The notes beneath the pieces are model-generated. The model was not told the DNA's origin. It saw only the letters and a list, made by a program, of their open reading frames with translations, and did not search any database. Below are positions 26,071 through 41,060 of a stretch of 64,000 bases of DNA, piece after piece. Positions within the stretch are counted from its first letter, which is position 1; every line of letters begins with the position of its first letter. The stretch comes from Octopus vulgaris. Lineage: Eukaryota. Location: positions 29,078,001 to 29,142,000 of the forward strand of contig OX597824.1 in assembly GCA_951406725.2 (NCBI GenBank), given 5' to 3'. The position numbers were made by a program, and so were the translations under genes.

Positions 26071-26935
26071 TAGATGTTAAAATGGATTATGCGTTTTATT
26101 AGTCATGCTGCTATACAATTTGGTTCGTACAGAAACCCACAGATATTCATAACAGAGAATCTGACTTATCAGAAAGTACTCATCTGTAGCTTGGATAAAA
26201 ACTAAAATGTGCGTAGGTTTGGTGTTAGTAACCATGTAATAATGTGTCCTTGTTCTTTGAGCCATGTCTATTTTAAACAGGACTAAAAAATATAAATTGG
26301 GTGTGAATAAATATAATAATAGCCTTAAAATATTAAAGGCTGATATTCTCTCTATGAATCTGTATACGTGTGTTTATTTCAACTTTTTTCTATGATTATT
26401 AGACCTATTATTTACAATAAATATTTCAATTATAAATTTTATAAACCTGAAATTAATAGTGATTACTATTAAATATTTTTTTCTAATGGTAATTGACAGT
26501 TAAATACAAATATTCATTTTTTTGCATTTAAAAATTCTTTACTTCCTTATTTCGATTTCCTGTCCTAACAAAATACAACCTCATCAGGTAATTTACTTCA
26601 TTTACAGAAGTTTAAATAAGCACATATATAGAAATTCGTAAAGAGAATTCCAGCTTTTAATATTTTTAATATTATTATTATATATATTAGCACCGAATTT
26701 GTATTTTTTTTAGTTTTGTTTAAAATAGACATGACTCCAAGAACAATAATACATTACAACATGACTACTAGCCCCAAACCTATGTATTTCTAGCGTCATT
26801 CTAGTATTTATCCAAGCTACAGATGAGCACTTTCTGACAACTCAGATTTTCTATTATGAATATATGTGTCTTTCTGTACGAAACAAATTGTATAGCAACA
26901 TGAGTAATAAAAAGTATAATCTATTTTAACATCTA
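26071..26935. mobile_element. Old foldback/MITE with ~320 bp diverged inverted arms
   Basis: 26071-26386 versus 26607-26935; termini TAGATGTTAAAAT/ATTTTAACATCTA; internal match CTCATCTGTAGCTTGGATAAA/TTTATCCAAGCTACAGATGAG. Confidence 0.8.
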
Positions 26936-27007
26936 TTCTCTTCCATTTACATAAATATAAATGAATTTGTTGAACTGTGTTTTATAAGATGAAGCGTATA
27001 CTTAATA

Positions 27008-27122
<115 letters not shown>

Positions 27123-27200
27123 TAGTAAGGAACATAATTTCAAACTTACAGGGAAAAATTCAATTTAGCAATTATCACAATATATGATACATGTATATGA

Positions 27201-27413
27201 TTAAGAGAAATAACCTGTATTAAGCAATTCAGTAGTGAAAGACATTATCTATATTATATAGAAAAAAATTTAATATACTATAATAAATATTATTCAAAAA
27301 ATCAATTAATCAAATAAATATTAAGTTGACTACGCGTATAATTAAATTTTTTCTATATAATATAGATAATATCTTTCACTATTGAATTGCTTAATACAGG
27401 TTATTTCTCTTAA
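27201..27413. repeat. Inverted repeat with ~73 bp near-perfect arms
   Basis: TTAAGAGAAATAACCTGTATTAAGCAATTCA... (27201-27274) versus ...TGAATTGCTTAATACAGGTTATTTCTCTTAA (27341-27413). Confidence 0.85.
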
Positions 27414-27427
27414 GTATATACATTTAT

Positions 27428-27508
<81 letters not shown>

Positions 27509-27692
27509 CAGATAGATATATGTATGTATGTATATATATACATATATATATATAGGCTCTCTCTTGGGAGGTTCATACGCCAATAATATTATTGGCATGA
27601 AATTATTACACACATATATTCACATGTAATATAGTGTTACATATTGTATTGACATAAAAATCTTCGATAAACTAATATTATTCTTGCAATTA

Positions 27693-28135
27693 AGGCGGTG
27701 GGCTGGCAGAATCGTTAACAAGCCACATTGAAATGCTTTGCGGCATTTCGTCCCTCCGTACGTTCCGAGTTCAAAGTCCGCTGAGTTCGACTTTGCCTTT
27801 CATCTTTTCGGGCTCGATAAAATTAGTACCATTCGAGCACCGGGGTCGATTTAATTGATTTGCACCATCCTTGAAATTGCTAGGCTTGTGCCATCATTTG
27901 AAATATGAAATCAATATTACTCTTACAATTAGGGCGGTGATCTAGCGCAATTGTTAGCACGCCGGCCAAAATGCTTAACAACATTTCGTCCGTTCTTACA
28001 TTCTGAGTTCAAATTCTGCCGAGGACCACTTCATCTTTACCGGATCGATAAAACAAGTCTTAGTTGAGTATTGAGATCGATGTAATCGATTTAACCCTTT
28101 CCGTGAAATTGCTGGCCTTGTGCCAAAATTGGAAA
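27693..28135 (+). mobile_element. Two tandem SINE family B copies
   Basis: GGCGGTG..CTGGCAGAATCGTTA heads at ~27693 and ~27932, each with a GAGTTCAAA B-box and the Nin-like core. Confidence 0.85.
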
Positions 28136-28927
28136 GGTGTACAGGGCCACACGTTTCACACCAATACTCTATGTTCTCATTTAGGTTTTGCTGAGAGCCC
28201 CTTCGAAGCCGGCTCTTTAGGCCTTCGTGCTCAAGGCGATGCCCTTCAAAATTTTACATTCCTTATACATACAGACACACACATATACATAAATATATAC
28301 ATACATATATGCATATGCACACACATATTTGTATATTTATATATATATATTCATATATGTATGTATATATATATGTGTGTGTGTGTGTAATATAAATATA
28401 TATAAAGAGACACAGACAATCAGACAGACAGACAAACAGACAGACATACAGACAGACAGATCATCTCTGTGTCTAGCCAAATGTCTAGCCATTTCTAAAT
28501 CTAGCCAACACTATTGAAATTTCAGCTTTTGTAGAACCGATATTTCATATTGTAATTATTTTTCAATATTGCCCTGCATTCGAATATGATAATAATAAAA
28601 ATAATAATAATAGTAATAATAACAACAACAACAACAACAATGTAACATTGGCACACTGCCACACATTTGGAATTCTTGTGGTTTTAATTGGTTTAATCTA
28701 TTTCACTATTTCACTTGTAACTATTTTATCGATCCCAAATTTGAATTCGTTGTAGAGTGAGAGGAGTTTAACACCAGTAAGTTTTTCGACTCACGCTATA
28801 ACAGTTCGGTTACTCTCGATTCTTTTATTTCTCAATCATCTAATTAATAATTAATTACTAACATAAACACAACACCACGTAATTATTGAAAGACGTTATA
28901 AATGATCAAATCATTCACTCGGGACAA

Positions 28928-29688
28928 GACGGTGAGCTGACAGAAACGTTAGCACACAGGTCGAAATGCTTAACAGTATTTCTTCTGCCGCTACGTTCTC
29001 AGTTCCAATTCCGCCGAAGTCGACTTTGCCTTTTATCCTTTCGGGGTCGATTAAATAAGTACTAGTTACGCACTGGGGTCGATGTAATCGACCTAATTCC
29101 TTTGTCTGTCCTTGTTTGTCCACTCTTTGTTTAGCCCCTTGTGGGCAATAAAGAAATATGAAACGTTAGCACGCCGGGCAAATTGTTTAGCGGCATTCCG
29201 TCTGTCTTTATGTTTTAAGTTCAAATTCCATTGAGGTCGACATTGCCTTTCATCCTTTCGGAGTCGATGAAATAATTACCACATGAGCACTGGTTAATGT
29301 GATCGACAGACAAACCTCTCGCTAAAATTGCTGTTCTTGTACCAAAATTTGAAACCAATATTATCCACCCAGAACACTATTGGTATACTTTTTATGAACT
29401 CACGGATGGATGAAAGACAAAATTGTTCTTGGCAAGTTTTAAGCTTTTAAAATAACGTGATGTAAAGGTAATGAGCTGACAGAATCGGTAGCACACCGGG
29501 CAAAATGTTTAGCGACACTCTGTCTGTCTTCACGTTCTAAGTTCAAATCCTGCCAAGGCCGACTTTGACTTTCATATTTTCGGGAACGATCAAATAAGTG
29601 CACACCGAACACTAGGGTCGATGTGATCGACTGATCCCCACCTATACACCAAAATTACTTGCTTTGTGCCAAAATTTGAAACCAATAT
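28928..29688 (+). mobile_element. Three SINE family B copies (28928-29159, 29160-29360, 29467-29688)
   Basis: Repeated GAGCTGACAGAA.CG.TAGCAC heads and GTCGACTTTGCCTTT...GGGGTCGAT cores; two tail types. Confidence 0.85.
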
Positions 29689-29719
29689 ATTGTGATATAA
29701 CTAAATCATCAGCTGATTG

Positions 29720-30010
29720 TCAAGTGTTCTTCCTGGGTCCAGAGGTCGGCTCACTAAAATGCCCCAGTCCGCTCTCTGTTATGCTATATGCATACAACCA
29801 GCCATGTTTTTATTCCCAGTTCATATTTTGATGTCATAAGTCTACAATCTTCTGTGAGGGTCTCTTGCTCTCTTTCCCTGCACACTTTCTGTCAGGATAC
29901 TCATGCGCAATTACTCCTGGCGTATGTCTAAAGTATGAGAGCTTTGTGAATTTGGTTCTCGACAATAACGGAAGCCATTTTGTTGTTCTAGTGATTCTGA
30001 TAATCCACCG
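29720..30010 (-). pseudogene. Decayed RTE-clade LINE ORF C-terminus
   Basis: Across a frameshift: KLSYFRH...GSVQGKRARDPHRR...DIK..TG...QRADWGILV, resembling RTE ends (KLxYFGH...GKVEGKRxRGRPR...DRxxW). Confidence 0.55.
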
Positions 30011-30343
30011 ATTTTGAACCAAATTTCCGAATATACGTGGCGTCATCGTTAGAGTGTTGAGCATCAAATCTTGAAGTAGTCAGTTCTAATTTCAGACCGG
30101 GTGGTGCGACGTGTCCATTATTAATAATATGTTTTCATTTTATGTTGCTCAGTTTGCCCAACAACTAAATGGAGTGCCAACAGTATTTTTGGTTCCAGAC
30201 ATGCACCGGACTGGCGTCCTGTCCAAGAGAGTTCTTGCAGAGAAGAAATATCGACCACCCGAGGCTTTATTTCCGCTTACAGGATAATTAGCATAATAGA
30301 GTTGCCCATTAGCTTCAACTTGATGATGATGATGACGACGATA

Positions 30344-30382
<39 letters not shown>

Positions 30383-30786
30383 GCAACGATGATGGCAACG
30401 ATGATGATTCAAAAATCAACAATCGTTATTGTTATAATTACAGTGCCATACACAAAGAAGGAAAACATTGCTTGCTGTAGTTTTTATAATAGTTGTTGTT
30501 TAACCTCAAACAAGCGGATCTATGACGAACAACACTCCAGCTGTGAGTATCCTGCCTTTCTTGAATATCAGCGACCTACTATATATTGTCTAATGCATCC
30601 ATTTTTGTTGTTGTTATTTAATGGGGTAGCATGTCATAATAATAGGGAGTTTTAGCTGTTATTTTTAGCAAGTTAATGATCCTGCGGTAAAGGCACTCAC
30701 TTTTGCTGTGTAGTTACACTTGATTATGGCACGTCGATATTTCTAGTGCTTTAAGCTACAAAAAAATATTTTAAAAATGAACGTGG

Positions 30787-31255
30787 GGTGGGCTGTTTGG
30801 TAAGAAATTTGCTTCCCAACCACATGGTTCAGGGATCAGTACCACTATGTGTCATAATAGGCAAGTAACTTCTACCATAGCAACGGACAGATCAAAACCT
30901 TGTGAATAGATTTCAAAGAAAAAACTGAAAGAAGACCGTCTGAGAATTAATATTATTATGATATATTATGATATAGTTGTATATATGTGTATGTGTTTGT
31001 GTTTGTGCGTGCGTGTGTGTGTATGTGTGTGTGTGTATTTGTGTGTTTGTGTCTGTCTCCACTCCACCCTCAGCATTGATTGACACCAGGTGTTGTTGTG
31101 TTTACGTCCCCGTAAACACGCGGCTCGCCAAAAGAGTCTGATAGAATATGTACTAGGCTTACAAAGAATAACTCCTGGAATCGATTTCTTGGACTAAAAC
31201 CCCTTAAGGTGATGCTCCAGCATGGCTGCAGTCAAAGGACTGAAACAAGTAAAAT
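30787..31255 (+). mobile_element. SINE family A, diverged
   Basis: CCAACCACATGGTTC head and GCTCCAGCATGGCTGCAGTC tail. Confidence 0.85.
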
Positions 31256-31273
31256 AATTCATGAATACGTATT

Positions 31274-31328
<55 letters not shown>

Positions 31329-33279
31329 GTGTGTGTGAGTGTGTGTGTGTGTATGCGTGCGTGCGTGTAAAATGAGTACACGTTAAGCATTGGGGTCGAT
31401 GTCATCGACTTACCCCATCCCCGAAATTGCTGGCCTTGTGCCAAAAGTTAAAATCATTAACGAATGACAAGTATCACGTAATCAAATTAATCAGCTTACA
31501 TCTATTTCTAGTATAGTATACAGTGCATACTAATTCCAAATGCTCATGTTCCTAATTCCAAATGCTCATAGAACGTTGCACAAGCACTCACATTTGCATG
31601 CACTGCTTGTTATAGCAGAAACGGCTGTAAGCTAATGAAGTTCATGACGGGAATCCAGTTCCCTTGTTATTCATTAATATGTGAGGATGATACGAATTTA
31701 AATTATCATAGAAATGGTGTTTGTCCACTAATATAACGATCGTTTTTTTTTTTTACATAATGAGGAAAAAATTAATTACAGCGCAAACAAGAACATCATA
31801 CACAGTACAATGCACTGTCACTAGTTTCTTTTACACACACACATGTATACATACATAGATACACGCACATACACACACATATATATATGTACTCAATTAT
31901 GATACCACTATTAACTGTCAAACCAGTTACCTGTCAAAATACATGTAGACGATATGGCACTGTACCTATATCACTATATTACGTTATTTCTTAGTTTTAT
32001 TTTGTATATATATATATGCATTGCAATGGACATTCTTGAAATCTCATTATGAATGTATCAATAGGTATACACACACACACACATATATGAATATATATTT
32101 TGCGCAAATGTATATATGGTTCTATGGATGGATACATATCTTTATATTTGTTGAAGCGTATATACGTTTATCTTCATATATCTGTGTGTATATGGTGTGC
32201 GTATGTGTCTGTGTGGGTGTGCATGCGCATGTGTCTGTATGTGTGTGTGTATGAACGTGTGTGCGTAAGCGTGTCTGTGTGTGCGTGTGTGTTTTTGTTT
32301 GTTTGTGTGTGTGTTTGTTAGTGTGTGTAACAATGAAACACTTATATCACAATAAATAGGAAAGGACAATAAACACATTATTTCAGCCATTTTGTTTTTA
32401 TTTTTTATTTATTGATTGTTACTTTTATTTCTTCTCATTCTTTTGTTTTATTCAAGATCTGTTATGAATTTGGCGCTAGAAAACATACGCGTGTGCAGCC
32501 ACACGCGCATACACATACACGTATGCAAATGCGTTTTATATATATATATTTGTATGTATGTATGTATGTATGTATGTATGTATGTATGTATGTATATATT
32601 CATATATGCATATATATACATATACATATTTGTTTGTATGTATGCATGTATATATTAATGATTGTACGCATATATAAATTAATAGGTACATGTTTCTGCA
32701 TTTTTTCTCTTCATTTATGATATATAACTTTAATTATCTCAAACATGTACCAATTGGAGTCCGTACAAACCTGTCACTCATTTTCAACGATTCCACATTT
32801 CCGCCATCTTGTTCTGTATACTCTAATTTAGCCTCATCATTCTTTAAACCGTAATCATCACAGAGTCATTCATATTTATATGATGCCATGTCCATACTTG
32901 GTTTCTTCATTTTCATTATTTATTATCAGTTCTGATAAACAATAGCATCTCTGGTTAGCGACTTCCAGCAGTCCAATAATTAGCTGTTGATTTTAAATCC
33001 TGTTGACAAACGTGAGAAAAAAATTTGATGTGGTGTTTCGATGAATTTGTTCAGCGTAATGCTTTTGTATTTAAAACTGCCGGCTTTTAGCAGCATTTCT
33101 ACGGTGTTTCTTTAGTTTTTATAGATCGCTAATATACGCAAGTACACAGACACACAAATATATGCATACATATATACTGATCATAAGTATGTAGATATGC
33201 ACATATCTATTTGCATTATATATATATATATATATACTTATGTACATGAATATGCATATAGAAATAAATAAATAAATAA

Positions 33280-33349
<70 letters not shown>

Positions 33350-33361
33350 ACATATATATGT

Positions 33362-33396
<35 letters not shown>

Positions 33397-33543
33397 GTTT
33401 GTTGAAATGGAAAGATGAATTATCCCCCGATTTCAACGTACATTGATAAACATTTTACCCATGGGCTCTTAAGGAGCGTCCTCGTTCGAATTGCTTTGCT
33501 GCGCCTCTGTTTTGTTTTGTTCTGACAACGTAATTCCTGGTTT

Positions 33544-33623
33544 TTCCTGAAGAGAAAGCTGCAATATGGTATCCTTATTTAATCAGAATTTGGAAAATTG
33601 TGGCCTTTGAAACATGTGTAGAA
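33544..33623 (+). ncRNA. Candidate type-I hammerhead with extended stem II, in a Penelope-like fragment (~33395-33680)
   Basis: UUC CUGAAGA GAAAGCUGCAAU...AUUGUGGCCUUU GAAA CA-UG-UG UA GAA, followed by AATAAA; (TA)n flanks. Confidence 0.6.
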
Positions 33624-33714
33624 TGTAATAAAAGGAATTCTGTACAATCTTCGTTCAACTCCATTTCTTCCATTCACTAATTATATATATGTTTACATAT
33701 ATTCATATATATAT

Positions 33715-33788
<74 letters not shown>

Positions 33789-33791
<3 letters not shown>

Positions 33792-34140
33792 CGCAGGAGG
33801 GTGTGTGAAGTAGTTGCAACCAACCACACGGTTGCGGGTTCAGTCCACTGCGTGGCATCTTGGGCAAGTGTCTTCTGCTATAGCCCCGGGCTGACCAATG
33901 CCTTGTGAGGATTTGGTAGACGGAAACTGAAAGAAGCCTGTCGTATATATGTATATATATGTATATGTGTGTGTGTTTGTGTGTCTGTGTTTGTCCCCCT
34001 AGCATTGCTTGACAACCGATGCTGGTGTGTTTACGTCCCGTCATAGCGGTTCGGCAAAAGAGACCGATAGAATAAGTATAAAAGGTGGTGCTTCATGGCC
34101 GCAGTCAAATGACTGAAACAAGTAAAAGAGTAAAAGAGTA

Positions 34141-34180
<40 letters not shown>

Positions 34181-34693
34181 ATATGCGTAGGCGTAGGTGT
34201 GTCGTAAGAAGCTTGCTTACGAACCACATGGTTCCGGGCTCAGTCCCACTGCGTGACACCTTGGCCGAGTGTCTCGAGCTATGGTCTCGGACCAACCAAA
34301 GCCTTGTGAGTGGATTTGGTTGACGGAAACTGAAAGAAGCCCGTCATATATATTTATCTATATATATATATATGTATGAATGTGTTTGTGTGTCTGTTTT
34401 TCTGCCCTCCCACCATCGCTTAGCGGTTCGGCAAAAAGAGTTCTTGTGTCGATTTGTTCCTCTAAAGTCGGTGCTCCAGCATGACCACACTCAAATGACT
34501 GACGTAAAATAATTTTAAAAATATTATATATATATATATATGGTGCAATTCTATACAGTTTCCGTCTGCAAAATTAACTCACAAGGCATTGGTTGCCCCG
34601 TGGTTATTAAAGAAGACATTTCCCTAAGGCACCATGCTTTGGGATTGAATCCGAAATTTCGTAACTGCAAAGCAAATTTCTTGATCACACCGC
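33789..34693 (+). mobile_element. Cluster of SINE family A: 33789-34142 (+), 34188-34503 (+), degenerate 34543-34693 (-)
   Basis: Consensus heads and tails. Confidence 0.85.
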
Positions 34694-35495
34694 CATCACT
34701 CAATATACAGTTAATTTATCTAGAAGTATAGGAAGGTAAATATATGTTTGTGTATTCTTATATAAATCACACCACAGAAATCCACATATGGAAAGACATG
34801 TATGTATGTTCACCACAAAAATTAGTTCTATCTGCTGTGTGATGGTTTCTATACTTCAATGATCTTTAGAGTTATTCCTGCGGAGTGCAAACTCGTGGAA
34901 GAGCCATCATATCGTTTGATAAAGGATAGAGAACAGATTAATGTGGACCACCTCTCCTCAGAGGTTAAATGTGTTTTCGTATTGTCAGCAAACCTACCAA
35001 GACGAAAGTCACAGATGCATTGATGTCAATTCGAAATACAACCTGGGAGGAGCAGGCCTTCCCTCAGGGAAACATATAACCTGGTAGTGAAAAATTCGAA
35101 AGGCGAGATATTGCGTCGAGATGCTAAAGCAGAGCACAAACTGTAAGAGAAGCAGAAAAGACGACTTAAAGTCTAATGGAGGAAATGTTCTCTGTGCTGA
35201 TATCCTAATCAGCACAGGGAACAATAGGCTGAGATAACTAAGATATACATAGGTATATCGATGAACCATATACGCAGATATGTTTGCAGACTTACATATA
35301 TACATGTATACACGTCAGACGCAAACGTACATGCATGGATATTCTGTTAATCTTCTTAGAATTCCAGTAAAAGTGTCTCGTTTCTGTGTTAAGACTACGG
35401 CTCATCCTCCAAAGATGGGAAATTCGATAAATAAACCAGAAAAAACATACATACATGTATAACAACATACGTCCGTACGTACGTACATACATAAG

Positions 35496-35528
<33 letters not shown>

Positions 35529-35995
35529 GTGTGTGTATAAACATATATATATATATATAAACATATATATATATATATATACACACACACAAACAAGAAA
35601 ACATACATTGATACGCACACATATAAGCATGCATTACTTCATAAACATATACGAGCATTTATACGTACATAAAAACATGCACCCCCAGGCATCCTTGCAT
35701 GCATACACACACATACATACATGCGGAGGGACACATTTCTCCACTCATCGAGCCAGCCAGCCAGCCACATAATTACATACATACATACATCTTTCCCTCC
35801 ATCCATCCATACATACATACATCCATCCATCCATACATCCATACATACCTACATACATACATAGATACATACATACATACAGGCACATACACACGCACTT
35901 ATCTATATACGAAGAGAGCTGCTGATTACATTACGTGTTGTCTCACTGAAATATTTTATTTACTATGGAAGCCTTCCTCTCGCATTTAGCTCTTC

Positions 35996-36112
<117 letters not shown>

Positions 36113-36529
36113 CATTATTATTATTATTATTATTATTATCATTGTTTTGTTTTGTTTTCGCTCTTTGTGGGAGCTTCTTTTGCACTGATTTAGTAGTTAC
36201 CTACGACACCGCCTCTACCAAACTTTAGCTTCACCTGTGTACTTCAGCAGTGCACCTGTACAAAGCCTATGTCGGTTTAATTTAGACATCCAGGTGAAAA
36301 ATAATGTAAACAACGTTTATTGAATTTGAACGTGGAGTCAATAACGAAGTTAGGACTAAGCTGAGAAATTAGAAGCGTGAAAATATGTCTGAAAGGAGGA
36401 AACAACGAAAATACGCAAGAACGTATGAGATAGACTCACGCACACATGTAAGCGTACACAGACAGACACTCAGTTGCACACCCAACCACCCACCCGCTCC
36501 CTCATACGTACGCACATACAAGCATACGC

Positions 36530-36565
<36 letters not shown>

Positions 36566-36579
36566 ATATATATATATAC

Positions 36580-36619
<40 letters not shown>

Positions 36620-36772
36620 GGATGGATGTATGTATGTATTTATGTATGTATGTATGTATGTATGTACGTATGTATGTATGTGTACAGAAAGAGAGAGAAA
36701 TATATGCACAAATATACATATACATATATATTTCTCTGTGTGTATGATTATGTATGTACTGTTGGTGACGTC

Positions 36773-36814
<42 letters not shown>

Positions 36815-37139
36815 ATTATTATTATTATTATTTGATTGATCACCACGCATCTATTTCAAAGTTTCCTAGTAAGTTTATATTAATCTTATTGATGCGACTC
36901 TACTCTATACTGTTTTCTCCCCTCATCCTTTTCCCTAATTTTCTTTTTCTTCGCTTTACAGTTTTCTATCTGCGTATCTTTCTCCTCTTTCTTTTTCCCT
37001 CTCTCTCTCTCTCGTTGCTACACGTGACCATCGTCCATCTTTCTTTTCCTCAAGCGTTCATCTTCCTTTTCCTTCAGGTCTATCTCTCCGATCTTTTTTC
37101 TTTTCAAAGAAAATAATTCTCCAACGTTCTGTATTTTAC

Positions 37140-37508
37140 TCTCGTCTCTGGTCTAACGACCCTCAACTTTGTTTCCATTCGATTTCCTTGTATGTCTCCA
37201 CTGCCCTGTTTTTGTTACTAACTTTGACCCTCCATAAATCCAAAATGTTATTTTGGTACTTATGGGAGCAACTTCAAGGATTCATATTGTCGTTCAATGC
37301 TCGAAATACGAAGTAGAGAGACAGCCGATAACTGATGAAGGGTCGTTCTTTGTGTTACTTGTCCTGCTTTTCATTTGTTTTTCTCGTTTTCTGCGTACTG
37401 AACTCATTTATTTTCGTATTTCATGTTGTTTACCGTAGGTGACGTCCTGAGCGCATATATGCTTATGTATATATATATATTATTTATGTATATATATAAT
37501 AAACACAC

Positions 37509-37585
<77 letters not shown>

Positions 37586-37751
37586 CGAAACACATTTTGA
37601 GCCGAACCAGGGACAGCTGATGAAGGGGAATTTTCCTTGTATTGTTTGTTCTGTACTCTGTTTTTTCGTTGTTTAAAAAAAGTCCGTTTCCTTGTTTGAT
37701 TTTATGTTCTTTTCTCTCGTTGTGTTCTACGTTTATTTGTGGTATCCTGTA

Positions 37752-37756
<5 letters not shown>
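37140..37756 (+). mobile_element. Two related Penelope-like terminal fragments (also 48746-48857)
   Basis: Shared CGAAA...CTGATGAAGG followed by a T-rich tail ending in a TCCTG(TACTC)-like motif next to (TA)n. Confidence 0.5.
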
Positions 37757-37807
<51 letters not shown>

Positions 37808-37883
37808 TGTATATATACATGTAGATGTAAGTATGTACATATATGTATGCATATATGCATATATTTTAGTTATTTATTATATC

Positions 37884-37926
<43 letters not shown>

Positions 37927-37982
37927 ATATATATATATATATACATATGTATATACATATACATATATATATACATATATAT

Positions 37983-38104
<122 letters not shown>

Positions 38105-38686
38105 CTGTGTGACGAGAAGCTTGCTTACCAACCACATGACTCTGGGTTCAGCCCCACTGTGTGGAAACTTGGGTCTAGCAAGTCGGACAAACTCTTAGGC
38201 ACTCCATATGAGAAGTTGTGGAATGTTAGTCAAACGAAGTAGCAAATAAATAAATAAATGAATAAATAAATAAATAAATAAAATAAAGATGGGATTCTTA
38301 GAGGTGTTGAAACAGCAAGCATCGCAGTTTACTGGAGAAGACCCCCCAGCTATCAAAGGTGAATTAGTGAGAGTTTATTGGGAACGCTTCGTGAAAGTAT
38401 GTTGTAGGTGTCGTTATTTTCGTGATGTCGCTTGGATACTAAAACGATACTTCCGGCTAGAAGTTTTCCAACACAAATATATAGATATAGATATATATGC
38501 ATACATACATACATACATATGTTCACGCAAATGTGCAAGCACGAAATTCTCGGGTTTTTAGTCACTCTGTCTGCTACTTACTTCTTCTAGATGTTAATAA
38601 GTATATGCGTCTGTTTATTTATGCGCGCGCGCTCGCGTGTGTGTGCATGTGTGTATGTGTATAAATATATACATATTTATAGATAC

Positions 38687-38742
<56 letters not shown>

Positions 38743-38776
38743 CTATATATGTGTGTGTGTGTGCATTTATATATGT

Positions 38777-38826
<50 letters not shown>

Positions 38827-38901
38827 GCATATATATGTATATATATATATATATGTATATACAAATATACATATATATACGTATGTACATTGATATGTAC
38901 T

Positions 38902-38945
<44 letters not shown>

Positions 38946-38985
38946 CGTATATATATACGTATGTTTATTTACACACATACACACG

Positions 38986-39016
<31 letters not shown>

Positions 39017-39967
39017 TTACAAACATACATATATACACACTTACGCACATACAAGCATATATCCTAACGTAAAGAATAACGTCCATACAGACTTACATAC
39101 GTATTTACTTATACACACTTCTACATTCATTCACGCATACACGCAGACGTACATTCATTCATACATACATACGTAGATACATACATATATTCATACATAC
39201 ATACATACATACATACATACATACATACATACATACATACATACATACATACATAATCCTTGAATCAACAACTACCTTGAGACGATGATCCTCAAAAAAC
39301 ATGTACTGATGACGTCACCGGATATATTGACCTTGTACGTGTGAAAAATATGCAACGGAAGAGTAAAGACTACCAGTGAAGTCACTTAACGTCACCTTTG
39401 CATTCACCACGCATGTCATAATCTTACAGGCTTTACAACATTCCGCCATCAACTTATTCTACCCATGTGACATGTACTAAATCACGTGAGTGTCTTTATG
39501 GATGCGCCGGCGCCCACATACTACTCTACATTTCACATAGGACATTTTCTTTTCATTTCTTTTTCATTCCATATATATCTGTCTTTCAAATATATAAGAT
39601 GGTATTATGATATTATTACGTTAGACATGGCGTGAGCAAATTTTGGCTGAAGCGTATCAAACTCTTTAAATTTATTTAGGTTATAAATACGTGTGTGTAC
39701 TTGTGCGTGCGGGTATGTGCATATGCATCTAATACTTATATGTTTGTGTGCATATGCATACGAGTAACAATGTGTGCGTGTGTGTACGTGTAATTACATA
39801 TATACATAGATACACGCACTCATACATATATGCACTCATACATACGTACATACATACATACATGCATGCATACAAACATACATACATACATACATACATA
39901 CATACATACATACATGCAGTCATACGTACATACATACATAGAAAGATAGACAGACAGACAGACAGAC

Positions 39968-40036
<69 letters not shown>

Positions 40037-40285
40037 TGTTTCTTTATTAGCCACACCGGGCTGCACACAGACGTGACAGATTACAAAGTAAAGCTTTTCT
40101 TTTGGGGGAGAAAAAAAAGAAAAAGAAAAAGAGTGGGATAGGGTTTAGGTAGGTAGATAGATAGAGAGAGAGAGAGATAAAGATAGGCAGGCAGGCAGAT
40201 ATGTAGGTAGGTAGGTAGGTAGGTAGGTAGGTAGGTAGGTAGGTAGGTAGGTAGGTAGGTAGGTGGGTGGATGGATGGATGGATG

Positions 40286-40359
<74 letters not shown>

Positions 40360-40819
40360 TAGATAGACAGACAGACAGACAGATAGACAGAATATTTATG
40401 AACCCTCATTGTATAAGTACAAGACTTAAATCATAGTATTGGTGTCGATTTGTTCGACTAAACTCTTCAAGATGTTGCTCCAGCATGACTGTAGTTTAAT
40501 GACTGAAACATGTAAATGATTTGATATGCACAAAGTGATCGAAAATCCAAGTTAACCACCAATTGCACGTTTTATGTCCGAGATAACACTTTTTACTCGC
40601 TAAAAGATATAAACGTGTGATTGTTGCAAACGAAGATGGTGGGGAAAAAATGTTAATAGATCTACGAAAATGGGTTCTGCCTGAAAGTTGATATATCTTC
40701 TTAATAAGGGAATCGGTTGAGTCTTTATTTTTTTGTTTTTATTGTTTGGTGCTGACATTTTGATATTCATAGTACTGGGTATCGACTGGAGTGTCGAATT
40801 TTGTTATACTTCGCCGATA

Positions 40820-41060
40820 ACAATGCGCTTCGCATTGTTTTATCTTTCGAATGATGTCACCCCACTGGTTAGATGAGCTGGTCAACATCCCCCGAGATCC
40901 TGGTCGGGAGTCTATTCCGTCTCAGGGTTACCCATTTACAGCTGAAAAGTCTGGGACAATGTGAAGTGAAGTGTTTTGCTCAAGAGCTCAACGCGCTGCC
41001 TGGTCAGGGAATTGAACTCACGATCGCTAGATCGTGAGTACAACACCCGAACCTCTAAGC
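40820..41060 (-). mobile_element. CORE-type tRNA SINE sharing its 3' tail with 54174-54482
   Basis: Minus strand GAGTTCAATTCC B-box and TTGAGCAAAACACTT CORE-like segment; tail ACAATGCG..CGCATTGT. Confidence 0.7.

Noticed and set aside
34980-35180. RTE-BovB-like ORF end (TWEEQA...KFERR)
   Set aside because: Resemblance too weak to call without a profile search.
39306-39350. CTGATGA...GAAA as a hammerhead
   Set aside because: No consistent stem II/III geometry or cleavage site.
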